Source: Chrysomallon squamiferum (taxonomy: Eukaryota; Animalia; Mollusca). Taken from it: a stretch of DNA of 64,000 bases. The stretch lies in assembly GCA_012295275.1 (NCBI GenBank), contig CM022679.1, positions 15,810,001-15,874,000 of the forward strand. The letters are read 5' to 3'. The stretch's first letter is position 1. Every line of letters starts with the position of its first letter. The position numbers were made by a program, and so were the translations under genes. This document shows positions 19,141-37,200 of the stretch, in pieces. Below the pieces are notes generated by a model. It ran no database searches and had not been told where the DNA came from. It worked only from the letters and a program-made list of their open reading frames with translations.

Positions 19141-20036
19141 GTATGAACTTTCACAAGTGTCTCGTTTCATTTATCATTGTATGTGTTGCAAATACACAGT
19201 CTATCAGGGTTTTTTCATAACTTTTCAAAGTACATTTATGCTACACAACAACAACAAAAAACGGAGAAAATTTCATAATTTCACTTTCTACTACAAACAT
19301 ACTTTTAATACCAGATGATCCAGCATGAAAAGACCTATACCAAGAGTCTACACACATTGGCCACAGTCTAATTGTATGAATATAAATGAACAGATGCTGA
19401 ATTTCACTTGGTTAAGATTAAAGAAGTGACCTTTTAAAGATGTTTTTGAGAATCTGTTCGAATGTAGGAATGGACTTTATGAAACTTACGTCAAACCATA
19501 GAGGAAACTATAAGGAAAGTTGTATTGAGTCAACTACTATGGTTTTATTTATGTATGCAATATGTTTTGAACCAAGAATCAAACTTAACACGCTTAATTT
19601 CCCTCACTATCACTGATTAAACACGTTTATTCTATCAGTTTCAATATTTAAAATCAAATAAAAAGGTAAATACTAGTGTATAAACAATTGGGCATCAGAA
19701 ATAAATAAACTGCTCAAAACTTTCATAGATATTTCCTGAAGGCCTCCAACACACAGTGTGTATCTAACATGAAACATTTCTCAAGTTGAGTGGTTGATTG
19801 TGTAGCTGCTACTGTCCTTTTAAAGATGAAATATTGCTCTGTAGAGTGATCTCTTCCTGAAAGAGGTATGTTGCTCAGAAACAGCCATGGGACTTAAAAC
19901 ATGTTTTTCATAAAGGTTTTCTATCACTTTTAGTTGGCAAAATTATATATATTGGATATGCAAATAAAGCATAGATATCAAACTCTTTTTTTAGTAAAGT
20001 CTGAATGAGATAACATTCATGCACAAAGATAAGACT

Positions 20037-20286
20037 CAGTGGCTTGCAGAGAGGGGGGCAAAGGGGTAGTGGCCTCAGGCTTCCATTTGGGGAAAAGAAC
20101 TTAATAAATTTGGTTGATTATATTTAAATTGAATAAAGTGTTTATTTTATGTTTCATCTGTCTTTATATATTCAAAGTATCTTCTTTTCTCACAATATTT
20201 GTCAGTACTAGGCCGTATACTTGAGTCTTTGGGCCATACAATCAAGGAGCTGGCTCCGGGCATCACCAGACCTCTGCATACCACTG
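20037..20286. mobile_element. hAT-type MITE, copy A
   Basis: 15-bp imperfect TIRs CAGTGGCTTGCAGAG / CTCTGCATACCACTG. Perfect 8-bp TSD ATAAGACT at 20029-20036 and 20287-20294. Confidence 0.85.
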
Positions 20287-20592
20287 ATAAGACTTCAGTT
20301 TTCAATTGTGCAGTTTTTATTGAGATAGGACCTCAAACAGGGAATACTGTAAAAAATAATAACATCATTAAAACATATCACTGTATAAATTATTATACAT
20401 GAATCAAACAAACAAACAAAAAACCCTTAAAATACCCTCCAACTAATTCCCATGTTTTATTATAAATAGGCAGATGTGTTTAAATGGATTTATAAATGCT
20501 GTTTTCTTTTTTTCTTTTTTTTTTTTTTTTTTTTTTTTTTAATAATTTTATTAATTTTCAAAAACTTAGAAATTAAAATAATTATCTTGTCT

Positions 20593-20594
<2 letters not shown>

Positions 20595-20640
<46 letters not shown>
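20595..20640. repeat. (AT)n microsatellite
   Basis: Read directly. Confidence 0.95.
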
Positions 20641-20646
<6 letters not shown>

Positions 20647-20656
20647 ATGATAATTA

Positions 20657-21449
20657 CCGTATATACTTGTGTACAAGGCGACCTCACGTATAAGTCGATG
20701 TGCATTTTAAGACCAAAAATTGCGTCATTTTAGGTGTTACTTGTGTATAAGTCGACTGTAGATTCCAGGCACCGTCACTATTTTTAGACCAGTGTGACAG
20801 TGCCATGAAGGCCTACATTGTACGCCTACTGTAACATAACTTGCACGAGCTGTAACTTGCACGAACATACCATAATAACGTAAATGCATGTATTACACGA
20901 GCTATAGCCTAAATGTATCATAAATAGTATCTCTTTAATGTAATAGGTCTAACATGGAGACCTAACTTACCGTTATATTTAGTCGATTTGTCGGTAGTGG
21001 ATATTAATGACGATTGCAATATTATTTCACCAAATTCTTTACAATTACACAAGTGAGTTTTGTTTATGAAATTAGGACCGATATTTAGTGCAATTTGGCA
21101 GAGAAGTCTGCATTCCTAGATCATTGCAAGACGCCGTAAGGCATAACGCCGTACTGACGGTTTTTTCGCTTTAAAATGTATTTTTATGTCATTAAACGGA
21201 AGAATATCATGTTTTACATTCATATTTGGTTTTGTTATTTAATTTTGCAAAATTTTTTATACGATAAAATTATATTTTTGAAAAGCTGAAAGACCGCGAT
21301 TATTTTAGATGCATCCCCTAGCAAAAAATAGTCAAAATGGCGACTCTTCAGCAACAGCTACAAAAGCATTACCTATGTATAAGCCGACCCCCAAAATATT
21401 ACCTTAATATAGTCTCCCAAAAATTCGACTTATACACAAGTATATACGG
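20657..21449. mobile_element. Tc1/mariner-superfamily (Tc2/pogo-like) non-autonomous element
   Basis: TIRs CCGTATATACTTGTGTACAAGGCGA / TCGACTTATACACAAGTATATACGG, flanked by TA on both sides. Repeated subterminal GTATAAG(T/C)CGA motifs at ~20688, ~20745 and ~21378. No ORF. Confidence 0.85.
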
Positions 21450-22385
21450 TATTCATGCTTTTTAACATTTGATATCTAAACTATGAAACTGAAATTAATT
21501 TGTACACTAAATTAATGTGTCACAACTTCAAACATGCCTATATCTATCAGTAGACCAAGCTTGTCTTTATAATTCAGGTAAAATGAGCAAGCTGTTATTG
21601 TTAAATATTTTGAAGTCAGTTGTGTCATTAAGAAGAGATAATATAAATTTTATTCTGCATACTTTCAGTGAAGGTGAAGTGAAATATGAATTCAGACCAA
21701 CTTTATACTGATGCAGTGATGGCTGGTTCAGTATTAAAACAGAATTAAAACATCAGTTTAGAATAAGTTTATATTGGTGTTTGTTTTCAGTATTAAAACA
21801 GGTATATAACTTCAGTTCATTTTCTGTTAGTATCATGAGCCTGTCATGGAGAAGTTGCGCATTTTTGAAGCGAACAAAATTCGCAAACCGGACCAAACAA
21901 ATTGCACACAATTAAAGAGCATAATTATATTCATCTTTATTTTCATGCAGTTCTTAATATTACTGGTTGGTTGTAAGCCGAGTTAACAGAGGTTAAAACC
22001 ACATAGTTTTTACATTCTGCACTTTGACTGGCTGAACTGCATCTGTCTGCCACTACCTGCGTTGTTACACCGTCTCCTGATCACCGCTTCTACCTGTTTG
22101 CAGCATGCCAATATCCGTAACCGCTCAGAGCGTTGCACATGCCGCATCGCAAATTCAAACAATAAAAACAAGATAAATAAATAACTAAAATCAAAACATG
22201 AGATGTTCCTGCGAATTATTAAATTTAAGAATGAACTATGGGATGCATTTCGTGCGAACTATGGGATGCATTTCGGTATAATGATAAACTGACCTGAACA
22301 GTCTTTACTTGGATGTTGTCATAACGTATATTCTTCGGTATATTAACTGATATTAATATTTCAGGTTCCTTTACTTTTTTAAGAG

Positions 22386-22433
<48 letters not shown>

Positions 22434-22512
22434 TCTGTAAATATTTTTATTATAACCGTGAAGTGCGACCAACCCTTTCACCCTTTTAAAATAAAAAATA
22501 ATTATTTAGTAC

Positions 22513-22773
22513 CAGTGGCGTGCAGAGGTTTGGTGATGCCCGGGGCCAACTCCTTGATTGTATGCCCCAAAGAATTAAGTATAAGACCTAGTTCTCAGAA
22601 ATATTGTGAGAAAGGAAGATATTTTGAACATGTAAACACAAATGTCATGAAACATAAAATACACATTTTATTCGATACATATATATAATAATATATAATA
22701 TATATATTATATATATAACTTTATTAAGTTATTTTGTCTGACTGGATGCCCCTTCGCTCACCCTGCACGCCAG
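22513..22773. mobile_element. hAT-type MITE, copy B, inverted relative to copy A
   Basis: CAGTGGCGTGCAGAGGTTTGGTGATGCCCGGGGCCAACTCCTTGATTGTATG is the near reverse complement of the right end of copy A. The other end, CCCTGCACGCCAG, is damaged. TSD TTTAGTAC / TTAAGTAC (one mismatch). Confidence 0.75.
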
Positions 22774-23071
22774 TTAAGTACTCATATTAGACTGTTGATA
22801 CAACCATATGGAACGACATTATTATGCAAGACCTGTCAGCATCGTTTCGTTTTAACAAGGAACCGTATTGTGCCGAAATTGCCCGACATTAAATAGTTCA
22901 TATTAATGTTACACAATTAAAACAAATAAATATGTAAATCGTTTAGAAATTATTTGATTTCAAACAAATTCAGTAATGGTTATCCAAATTTCTTGATATA
23001 TAATAATAAAAACAAAAACAAACTGTGAAAACAATAAGCATATAGGTCAAGGCGCAAGAATGTACACATAA

Positions 23072-27058
<3,987 letters not shown>

Positions 27059-28589
27059 AACTAATCAGAGAAAACAAAATTAAAAGACATACAGAAAATG
27101 ATTAATTAAACATAATGTGCAAGTTAAACATTTTTTTTTTCTTATATAGATAATTGCAGATTGGGCTGTGTTACATGGTGTCTGTAAATAGGATTCCTTA
27201 TTACACCATAAGCAAAAAACAAAAACAAATATGTGTTACAAACTTGTCAAAATGAATATTGCTCTGCCAGCTATTATCCTGTGTTGCTTGTTGATGTTCA
27301 TGTATAGTGAAACTGCCCAAGGTTTTTCAGCTCAGCAAATGCCAGAGAACTATCACGTAATATTTGCTTAAATGTTTTGAAACTGGATTTGAAGTAATCA
27401 CTGCTGGCAGTATTTTATAATCATTTCTATGGTGGCAGAAAATAGATGAAAAGAGAAAAAGAATAGAAATCTTTTTATTATATATATAATGTTATTTTTC
27501 TTTCGGTCATTTGTTTTTGTTTTTTAATTATTCGTTATACACTTTTAGCTTAATGCTAACATTTTTAAAATTGTATTTTATTTAACTAAACATGTCTCTG
27601 GCCAAATTAATCAAGTCTGAGGGAATGATTTTTCATGCCAAATAATACATATTATAATATCACACACACACGCTCCTGCACACACAAATAAATATTTTCT
27701 GTAATTATAATACAATTCCTTTTTTTTAACGAAAAAAACATGAAACAAAAACAATACAATTATGGCATAAGTAATATTATTTTTGTCTGCCTTCTTTGCA
27801 GATATGTTTTAACTTTAAAATCTTGTGGAATATTTTACCTGCATAGCCTTCTAAACTGGATCATTATCTTGTTTTAAAACCCACCAACATTCTAATGTAT
27901 TAAGTAATAGGTGAATTACAGATTTTAAAATTTGTGTTATTATTATTATTTTTTTTTTTTTTATTTAGTGGGTTTTTTGATACTCCTCCTTAATAAAAAA
28001 CTAGGATTATTCTGATGCTTCAGTGCAAGCAGCATTTTTTTTTATTATTATTATTATTATTATATATACACGTACTCACATAAAATAATATCCAAAATGA
28101 AGGAAACAGTAAAATATATTTAGATGTAAAATTGAATTGTCAAACTTTCTGTTTGTTTTGTAAAAGACATTATTAAAATATATGAAAAATTTAGTAAATA
28201 TTATATGTCTGATAATGAAAAAAAATAAGAATTTGTATCTTCAAACAGTATTTCAAATTAATTTTATATGCATAATATTCTATTCCTAAATGTTTTATGT
28301 AAAATGCATATATATATTAAAGATAAGTTAACCAGCCAAACTGAAATAAGATTTATAGCATGGTGGATTTAGGTTTTAACTGTTTATTAATTTGTAACAC
28401 TGGCCACAACAGGCATAATTTATTGCTAAAATTACAGTAATGAGTAGATAAGAAAAAGCAAGTAGTATTTTAATTTATAAGTTTTGACTTAGAAAAATAT
28501 TTATTTACAGAATGTGCCGAATTAGGTTTCATTTGATATTTTGAGTATGCATGGCATTTTCATTTGTCCAAAAGAGTTTGTGTATGTAG

Positions 28590-28638
<49 letters not shown>

Positions 28639-31057
28639 TACACACACATGTATGTTACAGTCATTGAAATTAGCATAGTACTATATTTTGTGAGTTACAA
28701 TGTACATAGTTTTATTATGATGGTCATGTTGGAACTGAGGTTTTTGTTTTATGAATTTTTCTTTTTTTTTTAAATATTTAGACACTTTTAGTTTTGCTGT
28801 ACAGAGTACAATGTTTTTTTGTAAAATTTAAACATTCTTTTCATACTCAAATGTCTTAGAAAAAGACAAATTTTTACTTTTATACTTAACTACTGCTGGA
28901 TGGGAGACATGTTAAATATCACTTTTTTTTTTCTTCTTAAATTTAAATATAAGGCATAGTTAGTTGTTTTTGAATTTGTATTACTTTCAGTCATTTTTAA
29001 CTTCTGAAGGAAAAGCTAAATCAATGAAAGGTCAACTTCATTTTGAACTAAATACTTGGTTTTATTTAAGTTATCTATGTCTGTTATTCTGAAAACTATT
29101 ATTGTTATATAACCGTTACATTATTAAACATTTGCACTTTTTGTCATGTGTATTTGCATGTATTGCTGTGTAAATTGTCTTGATATTATTTTGTATTTTT
29201 CTGCTTCTGCTGTAAATAGAAGTATAAATTTTGTATGCTAACCAATATGGAAAATGGTAGAAATGATAGTAATTTAAAAAAAAATTAATAATAATAATAA
29301 TAAGAAAAAAAATAATGATAATAATAAAAAATAATAAAATAAATAAATAAAAAAAAAAAAAAAAATTAATAATAATAATAATAATAACATACCTTAAATG
29401 AAAAAAGAAAAAAAAAAGAAGTTATAATCTTTAATTTACTATAACAGAAAAACAAACTATGCATTCAAGAACATACATATCTGGATATATCGTGGTCTGT
29501 TTTTGCAGTAAAAACATAAAAATGTTCAGTTACACATAAATTGCTTGAAAGAATTATTTTGCTTGAGCATCACTTAAATAAAGAGTATTAATTTAATCAG
29601 TATTTTATTCATACTGAGATTCAAAAGATGATCAGTCATTTCAGGCATTTTGTTGTATTATTATTATTGTTTTGGTTAATAAAAAAAATATTTTTTATAC
29701 AATTATTTTAGCATTTGCAAAGTTGCATCAGCAAAGTTGTTACTTATAATTTTTATACCCTTGATAAGTTTGGAATTTTGAACATGATGTGCCAGTTTTC
29801 TGACAAATTGATTAAATATAATTTATATTTTAATAAAGCTATTTCTGGATAATCTTGTATATTGTAGAAAAGACAGGGCCAATTAATTTTGTAATTAACT
29901 GCTTCTGCTAGGACATAAGATTTTACATTGCATAAAAATTTTGTTCATTTAAATGTAAAAATTCATAGTCATGTACAGTTAATTAGGTATGATTTATGTA
30001 AACCATGTACAGTAGACTGCACTTCTGCTAGATTTCTAGAATTTTTACATGTTAAAATGTAATCATTTAATCCCTGAAATGTATTGCTTTGTTTGCTATA
30101 CAGTGTATAGATAGGTTGTGAATAAGTGATGAATGTCATTTGAGATCATCAGTATAACAGATAATTATATTAAAATAGATAAAATAATTTTATGACATTT
30201 TTGTAATTAGCTTTTGGGAATATTAATTCTTTCATTTTTAGTTAACATTCTATACTAATATTGGTGAATTAAAACAGTTTTTCATTATTATAAAAATGTG
30301 TATTGATCACTGTTCACTGAAACAAACTAATAAACAAAAAACATTTTTTCACTTGTGTTCCGTTTTAAACACTTTCAATTTTCTAAAGGAATTTCAACTT
30401 TATACATTTTTCACATTGTCTTAATAACTTTATTGATCATATGTATATATCAGTCTTTTTGGATGATATTTTAATTAATTCCATATTATAATTTATTTCT
30501 AAACAGACTCAATATAAATTTATCTAAAGTGGTATCAATATAAAATGCCAAGACTAGTATTTCAGTCACTGCACCAGTTGTTTAGCTCACATTTTTTTTT
30601 TGTTCCAATAAAAAAATTGTGAATGTAATCAGTTACCTTTACATAGATTTATATATTTTGTTTCAAGTGTTATTTCAAAAAAAAAGAAGATACCTGACCT
30701 ATTTAATTTAATCGTGTTGGTTTTATTTCTAGAACATGATTCTCCAGGAAAACTGGGTTATTTTTAAACCAAAGATCAAAGTTTGGAATAAATAAAAAAT
30801 AAAAATAAATTTAACTGATATTAAAAAATGATATATCTGTATGCTGGGAGATGACAGAAATGCTGGTTGTCAAGATTTCACACATGATTATAATGCTTTG
30901 CGTGTGACTATGTTATTGTACAGCTGGTCTGCCAATGTTTATTCCATGCAAGCAGTATTATGTGGTGTGTATGTGTTACATATTACTATAAAATAGTTGT
31001 GCAGTTTAGTGTAGTTACATCAAGGTGTGTACTGTTGACAGCTTTCTCCTTCAGTGA

Positions 31058-31094
31058 AATAAAACCTACAACTTAACACAGACTTGTTTTTATT
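31058..31094. terminator. Opposed poly(A) signals: plus-strand AATAAA 31058-31063 (GRB2) and minus-strand AATAAA 31089-31094 (NOL12)
   Basis: Both hexamers are read directly from the sequence, between two convergent genes. Their use is inferred. Confidence 0.4.
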
Positions 31095-31314
31095 GTGATA
31101 TCCGAGTTGATCATTTTTGAAATTTAATTTCAGGTATGAAAGGTATTTTCTTTCTTTTTTTAAAATCTTTTTTCATATTTCATATTTCAACTGAGAAAGT
31201 ATTTATTGCATCATAAATTATACTAAAAGTTTGTGTGAAATTTCAGAAAAAAGGAACAGAAACACAATTACCCCCTCCAACAACAATTGAAAAATCAAAA
31301 CACCCCATAAAAAG

Positions 31315-33764
31315 TTACTTTTTATTTTTCTTATTTTTAATGCGGAGTTTTTCTTTCCTTTTCTTTCTGTTAGCTCTTGATTTCATTGATAGCTTTTTCT
31401 TCATGGACTGGTTTTCCAGTTTGTTTACATGAGCCATTCTGGGGGGCAAAAAAAAGAAAAAGAAAAAAAAGCTTATACATCGATTATAAATGGTTTCCAC
31501 CAGCTTATTAGGATATTTAGGCAATTAAACAAAGAACTTTTATTAATTAAGCAAATTAATAAATAACACATTCCACTGTATTTTTAGTTTTATAATAACT
31601 GCTTCATACAAGACCAGTCCCAAAGTTTTTTGTTTTTTTGAAAAAATAACAATGGTTAAGGTATATATATTACCTTTTACCTGACAAAATATAATTATAT
31701 GTATGTCCACCCACACACAAACAGACTTGGACTTTTATTATTATCTACTTAATTATTATTAACTATTAGAAAAAAATTAAAATAAAATGTCTGTCTCAAG
31801 TAAACATGAAAAGACATCTATTATTACTTAATATTTAGTATAGAGTCACAGTGTAGCAAAATATCGATTGAAACAGTAAGATTGTGCTATGACATGAAAG
31901 TGTAACCATCTACATTAATTGAAAAATTATGACATTTACTGATACTGTCAACTGGAGTAAGCCTAAATAGTAAAAATACACACATTTGTTTGTATTTCTG
32001 TGCCATTTTTTTGAAGTCCTCTGTTTCCGGTTGTTCCAGAATTTTTCTCACATCAGTGTGATCTTCATCTGCCTAAGACAAATATAAAACTTTATTGTTA
32101 AACAGAAACCAATATATATACACACATACAGTAATATATACATACATACACATTTATGTATATACATATATACATATACATACATATACACATATATATA
32201 CATTTACATATATATATACTAGCATCTAGACACTGTAACTTCAATGAAATTTCTCATTCATCATTTAATAATATAAAAGACTGAAGTCAGTAGAAATTAG
32301 AAAAGATCTCTACATTTTGTGATCACATGATGGCGTATTATAAAATATTTATCAAGCCATGTTTTCCTTTGAATCAATTATATTGATGAAATAAATATAA
32401 AAAAGTAAATGATAAAACACATCTTACCCTGTTTTGGCCAAGTCGTACACCACCTTCACCAGTAAAATCCACCTCTGATATGTCAGTTATTGTAACAGTG
32501 TGTTCAGGTAGGTCATACTCTGTAGAATTCACCAGATGATCAACTTCAGGAACAAGTGGCTGGTGCAGACTTCTGGCCTTCAACAATTCACGTTCCTTTA
32601 TAACATAAAATATGAAAAAAAACATCATGTCGTTTACTACATTACCAATTTAAATTATGTTCTTTAATGTAATATATTTTCTGTTAATACTAAACAGGAA
32701 TGAAATTCATCTTTATGGAAATACATCTTATGGATGTTGTCTTGCCCTGGTGATTTCCGCATGGGAAGAATTATCCTATATATCTGTGAAAGAAAGGTAT
32801 TATCATTAATGTTGTTCATATGTATATTTTTTTAAATCATAACTTAAATGATTATCAAATGGATAATACTGCTATAAGCAGCTAGGTTAAGGAAATCATA
32901 TATTTGATGTATGATTTAAAGCAAAACGTGTCTCACTAGTAATGATAGAGATAACTGGTGTTCAATGTCCACAGTAACTAAAAATTTTGATTTGTAAAAA
33001 GCAGTGATAATAATTTCTACACTGTGTTTAAATGATTTAATCATTTTAAAAACCATCCAGTTTCACATATATGTAGGGTCATTTCACCAGGTGGAGATCA
33101 GTTGTATGAAAATGACCTACTCCATATATGATTATATCACACTTATTAAAAGTTATAGATTGCTTCATTTTCTTAATGGGTAATGTCATCATTAAAAATA
33201 CTTCAAGTGGCTATGTTTGTTGTTGTTACTGTTTTGTTTATTTGTTTATTTGTATTTAATTATATATTATTCAAACTGATTAACATTGGTTTACATTCAC
33301 ATTTTAATCTGGTGATAGGAATGTACCTTCATGTCCTGACTTCACAACAAAATATTTTTTCAAAACTCTTAACTTAAATCCAGCAGAAAACATTGTTTCA
33401 GTGAAATATATTTATAATCAAAATCGAAATTTACCTGTTTTTTAATTCTTTCCTTTCTTCTTTTAGTTTCAATGCAAGTTTCTCTTTTGCATATTTTTTA
33501 CGCTCTAGCTTTCTCTTTCGAAACCCTTGTAGATATTCTCTAGAAAAATAATTTATTAAAATAGTTATTTATTTCTAAAAACAAATGATTACGTCTACTT
33601 TCACACTAATGTCTAAAAATAATAAAAGTAAATTATTGAAGAAAAAAAACAAAAAAAAAACAAGGAAAAAAAGCTTACGCTCTAGCTTTTTCATCAAAAA
33701 CAAGGATATGTTTTGTTTTTTTATTTTTCGCCTTTGGTCGTTTTGAACTTTTTGTCAAACTCAT
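31315..33764 (-). CDS. NOL12: Nucleolar protein 12 (Rrp17 family), 5 coding exons, ~190 aa; apparent 1-nt frameshift at the end of exon 2
   Basis: Exons (minus): 33679-33764, 33435-33539, 32428-32595, 31984-32072, 31315-31438. Family motifs LVFDEKARAEYLQGFRKRKLERKK and EYDLPEHTVTITDIS, plus a basic C-terminal tail. Exon 2 ends in phase 2 but exon 3 needs phase 0. Confidence 0.85.
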
Positions 33765-34089
33765 GCTTCCAGACCATATTTTATACCGAAGCATCTTTCA
33801 TTGATACACTTCTCTCATTAACTGTATAAAATGATTTTATAATGAACGGTACCAGTCGTTAGACGATTAATCTAGTTATTTCGAAGTAAGAATTACTAAA
33901 GGGACGTAATTCAGATACTTTTTACTCAGACGATAGAATTAACGGAGAGGTAACATTTTATGTTACTTAACATCGCATATTTTAAAGCTAATGTATATTA
34001 TCAAACAACTTCCAGTTATTTCGATGATTTAGGGGCAGAGCAGTTACAGTTTTTTCTTGTAAAAACAAAGAGAGAAAGAAAGATCAGGG

Positions 34090-34092
34090 TAT

Positions 34093-34128
<36 letters not shown>

Positions 34129-34154
34129 TATTATTATTATAATTATTATTAATA

Positions 34155-34200
<46 letters not shown>
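34090..34200. repeat. (AAT)n/(ATT)n compound, self-complementary microsatellite
   Basis: Read directly. Confidence 0.9.
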
Positions 34201-37200
34201 TTTGACTTGTGTAAAATTCGGTAATCTTCAGTATTTGGTTCGTACAAATAAGAAGTTTTTCTGGTAGTTTTGCTAAGATTAATTTGTTATTTTAATATTA
34301 AGACGAATATATTTTTAGAATGTAATATAAATAATAAAATATCACGTCACTTCTGGCTTTTTGAACCAATTTTGTCTTTTTGTACCATCAAGTGTCCAAC
34401 AGTCGATCTACTGTGATACAAATGGAGCTTAATATTTATAAATGTATGTTCAATGTGCCTAAAATAAAACATTATATTGGGGCATCATGCATTACATTTC
34501 TATAATAGTCATCTCTCATAACTTGAAAACTTCATACCAAGTGACTTGAGATGTGAAATAATCCAGTATTGTAATAATTCTAATCAACATCTAAGATGCT
34601 ATGGTTAGATTTTAAAAGATTTGTGGTGACTCTATTGAAGAAGGTGACAGTATTAACCAAACCTTGTTCCTAGTCAAGAAGAATCTCCATAACAAATAAT
34701 ATTGTCAATGCCCCAGAAACGTAGGTCCACTCATTGCACCTCATTATGATCATCAATAATCATAAGGTTAAGAGAAAATATTCTCATTAAACATAATTTT
34801 TAAGTTAGTTTCAGATTAACAAATCTAACAGCTAATTGTTATCCATTGCACATTCATACATTACATATACATGTTATTATATGTGTTGTTTAAATACATG
34901 CAAAAATATACTCTGTTAATTACAAACTTGTTTTAAAGATTTTGTTTTGTTAAACAGTTATTAATTCTATTTAAAAATGATTTCTTCATCAAGAAGTAGC
35001 TATATATGTCAAGAGTGAGCATTCAAGGCTTAATGATATTAAACTGTTCTGATTAAATCAACCTTCCGTTTTTGTATACCGACTTTTACTTAGAATTAGG
35101 TATACATTATTGACCTGATGTTAGGTCACCAGTTTGATCAGAAAGCATTTCTTTGACAATTATGAATTAATATGCAAATATGAAAAAAGTTCTGAGGCAG
35201 ATTTATGAGACAAATATAAAGTAATACTGAATGTTGTTAAATCACTGTTAATAATGATTTCACTGTTAATAACTTTGTAACAATTACTTTTTCAAGAATA
35301 ACATAATTACATGAAAGTTTTGCTGGAAGAAGGGCTGCAGGCTAAATGCACATTACATTTCAATAGAACTAGCAAAGTTGTACATATGACAACCATGCAG
35401 ATAATGAGAAATTTGCTTTTATCAGATATATAAAATATCTAATAAATTAGTATTTCATAACCAGTACATAAATGAAAACAAACAATTATTTGGTTTAAAA
35501 AAAAAAAAAAAAATAAACAATCAAAATCACATTCAGTATGTATATAATTTTATTTTTTTTCAAGTTTGATTGCAGTATCTGACATCACCATTATGTACAA
35601 AAAAAAAAGTGTATGATAATTACAAGGTAATTATTAAAAAAGAAGAAGAAAGGTTTTTGGCAAAATCAAAGCCACACACACAAATATATATATATATATA
35701 TATATATAAATTTTTATTTTTTATTTTTTTTCAAATTAACAAAAAATTGCAATTAGAGCCTTTGACAAAATTCCATGTAAAACATTCACAAATGATAATA
35801 AAAGTCATATAATGCTAAATATTTAAACATAGGCTCTCAAATATGTATGAAGCACTCAGAATACAGTTCCTTATCTTTTTTTAAAATAGACTGTACCAAG
35901 ATCTGATAACAAAACTGACCAGACAGACACATCAAATATATATATATAATAAAATAAAATTAAGATAACACCTTTTTTAATTTTTAATTTTTAATTTTTT
36001 AAAATAAATAAATAAAAAGGAAAATAAAATATTGCAGTAAAGGCCTGAGAACAATTCCTCCAAAACAAATGATACTAAAATTTATATAATGTTAATTTTT
36101 TAAGCACCTGCACCCAAAGGCATGTGATATGCACTAACTGAAATATTCAAAATAGAATGTATTGCAATAGCAACCTGTAGCAAGTAAAGCACATACATTT
36201 CTTGATGTAATAATAAAATAAAATGAAATCTAATTTTTTTTAAATATATTATTTTTATTTATTTATTTATTATTATTATTATTATTATTTTTTTTTTTGC
36301 AATATCTTTAATATTCTATGCAATTTTTTTAAAGAAATAAAATACTGCAGGAAAACCTTTTTGTTTTACACTGCAATATAAATTTGTGAAAATATCCTAC
36401 AAATCAATTTATATTAAGTTACATAAAGATATTTAAATATCTATCAAATTGAAAAATAAAAACAAATCTTGCTGCAATAACAGCCAGTAAAAAATCACAC
36501 ACACACACACACACATTAAACTGTATCAAATACAGTTTTTTCTTCTGTCAATTGAAGAATAAAAAAATAAAAAACAAATCTTAAAAATACTCTTACTGGT
36601 GTGGGCATTAAAACTTACACTGGTAATTATACACTATTTTAAATTTTTTGTTTAATTTTTCAATTAAAAAAACAAAAAAAAAGCAATTATCAAATATTAG
36701 TAACAACCAGTAAAAGCTTCCCTAGTTTACTCATATAGTTGTTAACAAGACTTTTTTAATGACAAATACACATTCTAATGTGTATTGGAGACAGTCTTGA
36801 ATTTTTTTTTTTTTTTGTGGGGGGTTGGTTGGTTGGTTGTTTTTCAGTTACAAAAAACAAATAAAAAGGAAAAACAGAAAAATTACTGTAATAACATCCA
36901 GTAAAAAAATAATTCCCTACAAATCACTTTACTGATAAAATGCATCAATAACATTATAGTAATGGTACATATACACTCAGTTAAACATCAGATGCAATAA
37001 AGTATGTTTTAAATACATTTAAAAAGTGAAATATTGCTGCAGCAACAATATCAATATTTATAAAACTGGGCTAACAATTATTAATTAAATATTCTGTTTT
37101 TGTTTTCTTTTTCTTTTTGAAAAAAAAAAAAAATAGGGGAACACCCCCAATATTATATTGTACTAACAACATGTGATTTATTCCCTAGAAATAAACCTCA

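Noticed and set aside
19300-19900. Possible decayed LINE or coding relic between the GRB2 copies
   Set aside because: I could not read any reverse transcriptase or endonuclease motif in any frame.
31490-31516. Minus-strand ATATCCTA…AAACCAT in NOL12 intron 4, resembling the U17/snR30 m1 and m2 motifs
   Set aside because: m1 lacks one base, the 12-nt spacer cannot form the required hairpin, and there is no ACA box 7 nt after m2.
32720-32790. GC-richer patch in NOL12 intron 2 as the missing exon or a snoRNA
   Set aside because: The phase-2 reading after the CACAG acceptor stops at once (A TAT ATA GGA TAA), there is no good donor, and I see no convincing C/D or H/ACA box layout.
34330-34780. 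Possible gene divergent from the NOL12 promoter
   Set aside because: Only short frames closed by stops, and no exon chain.
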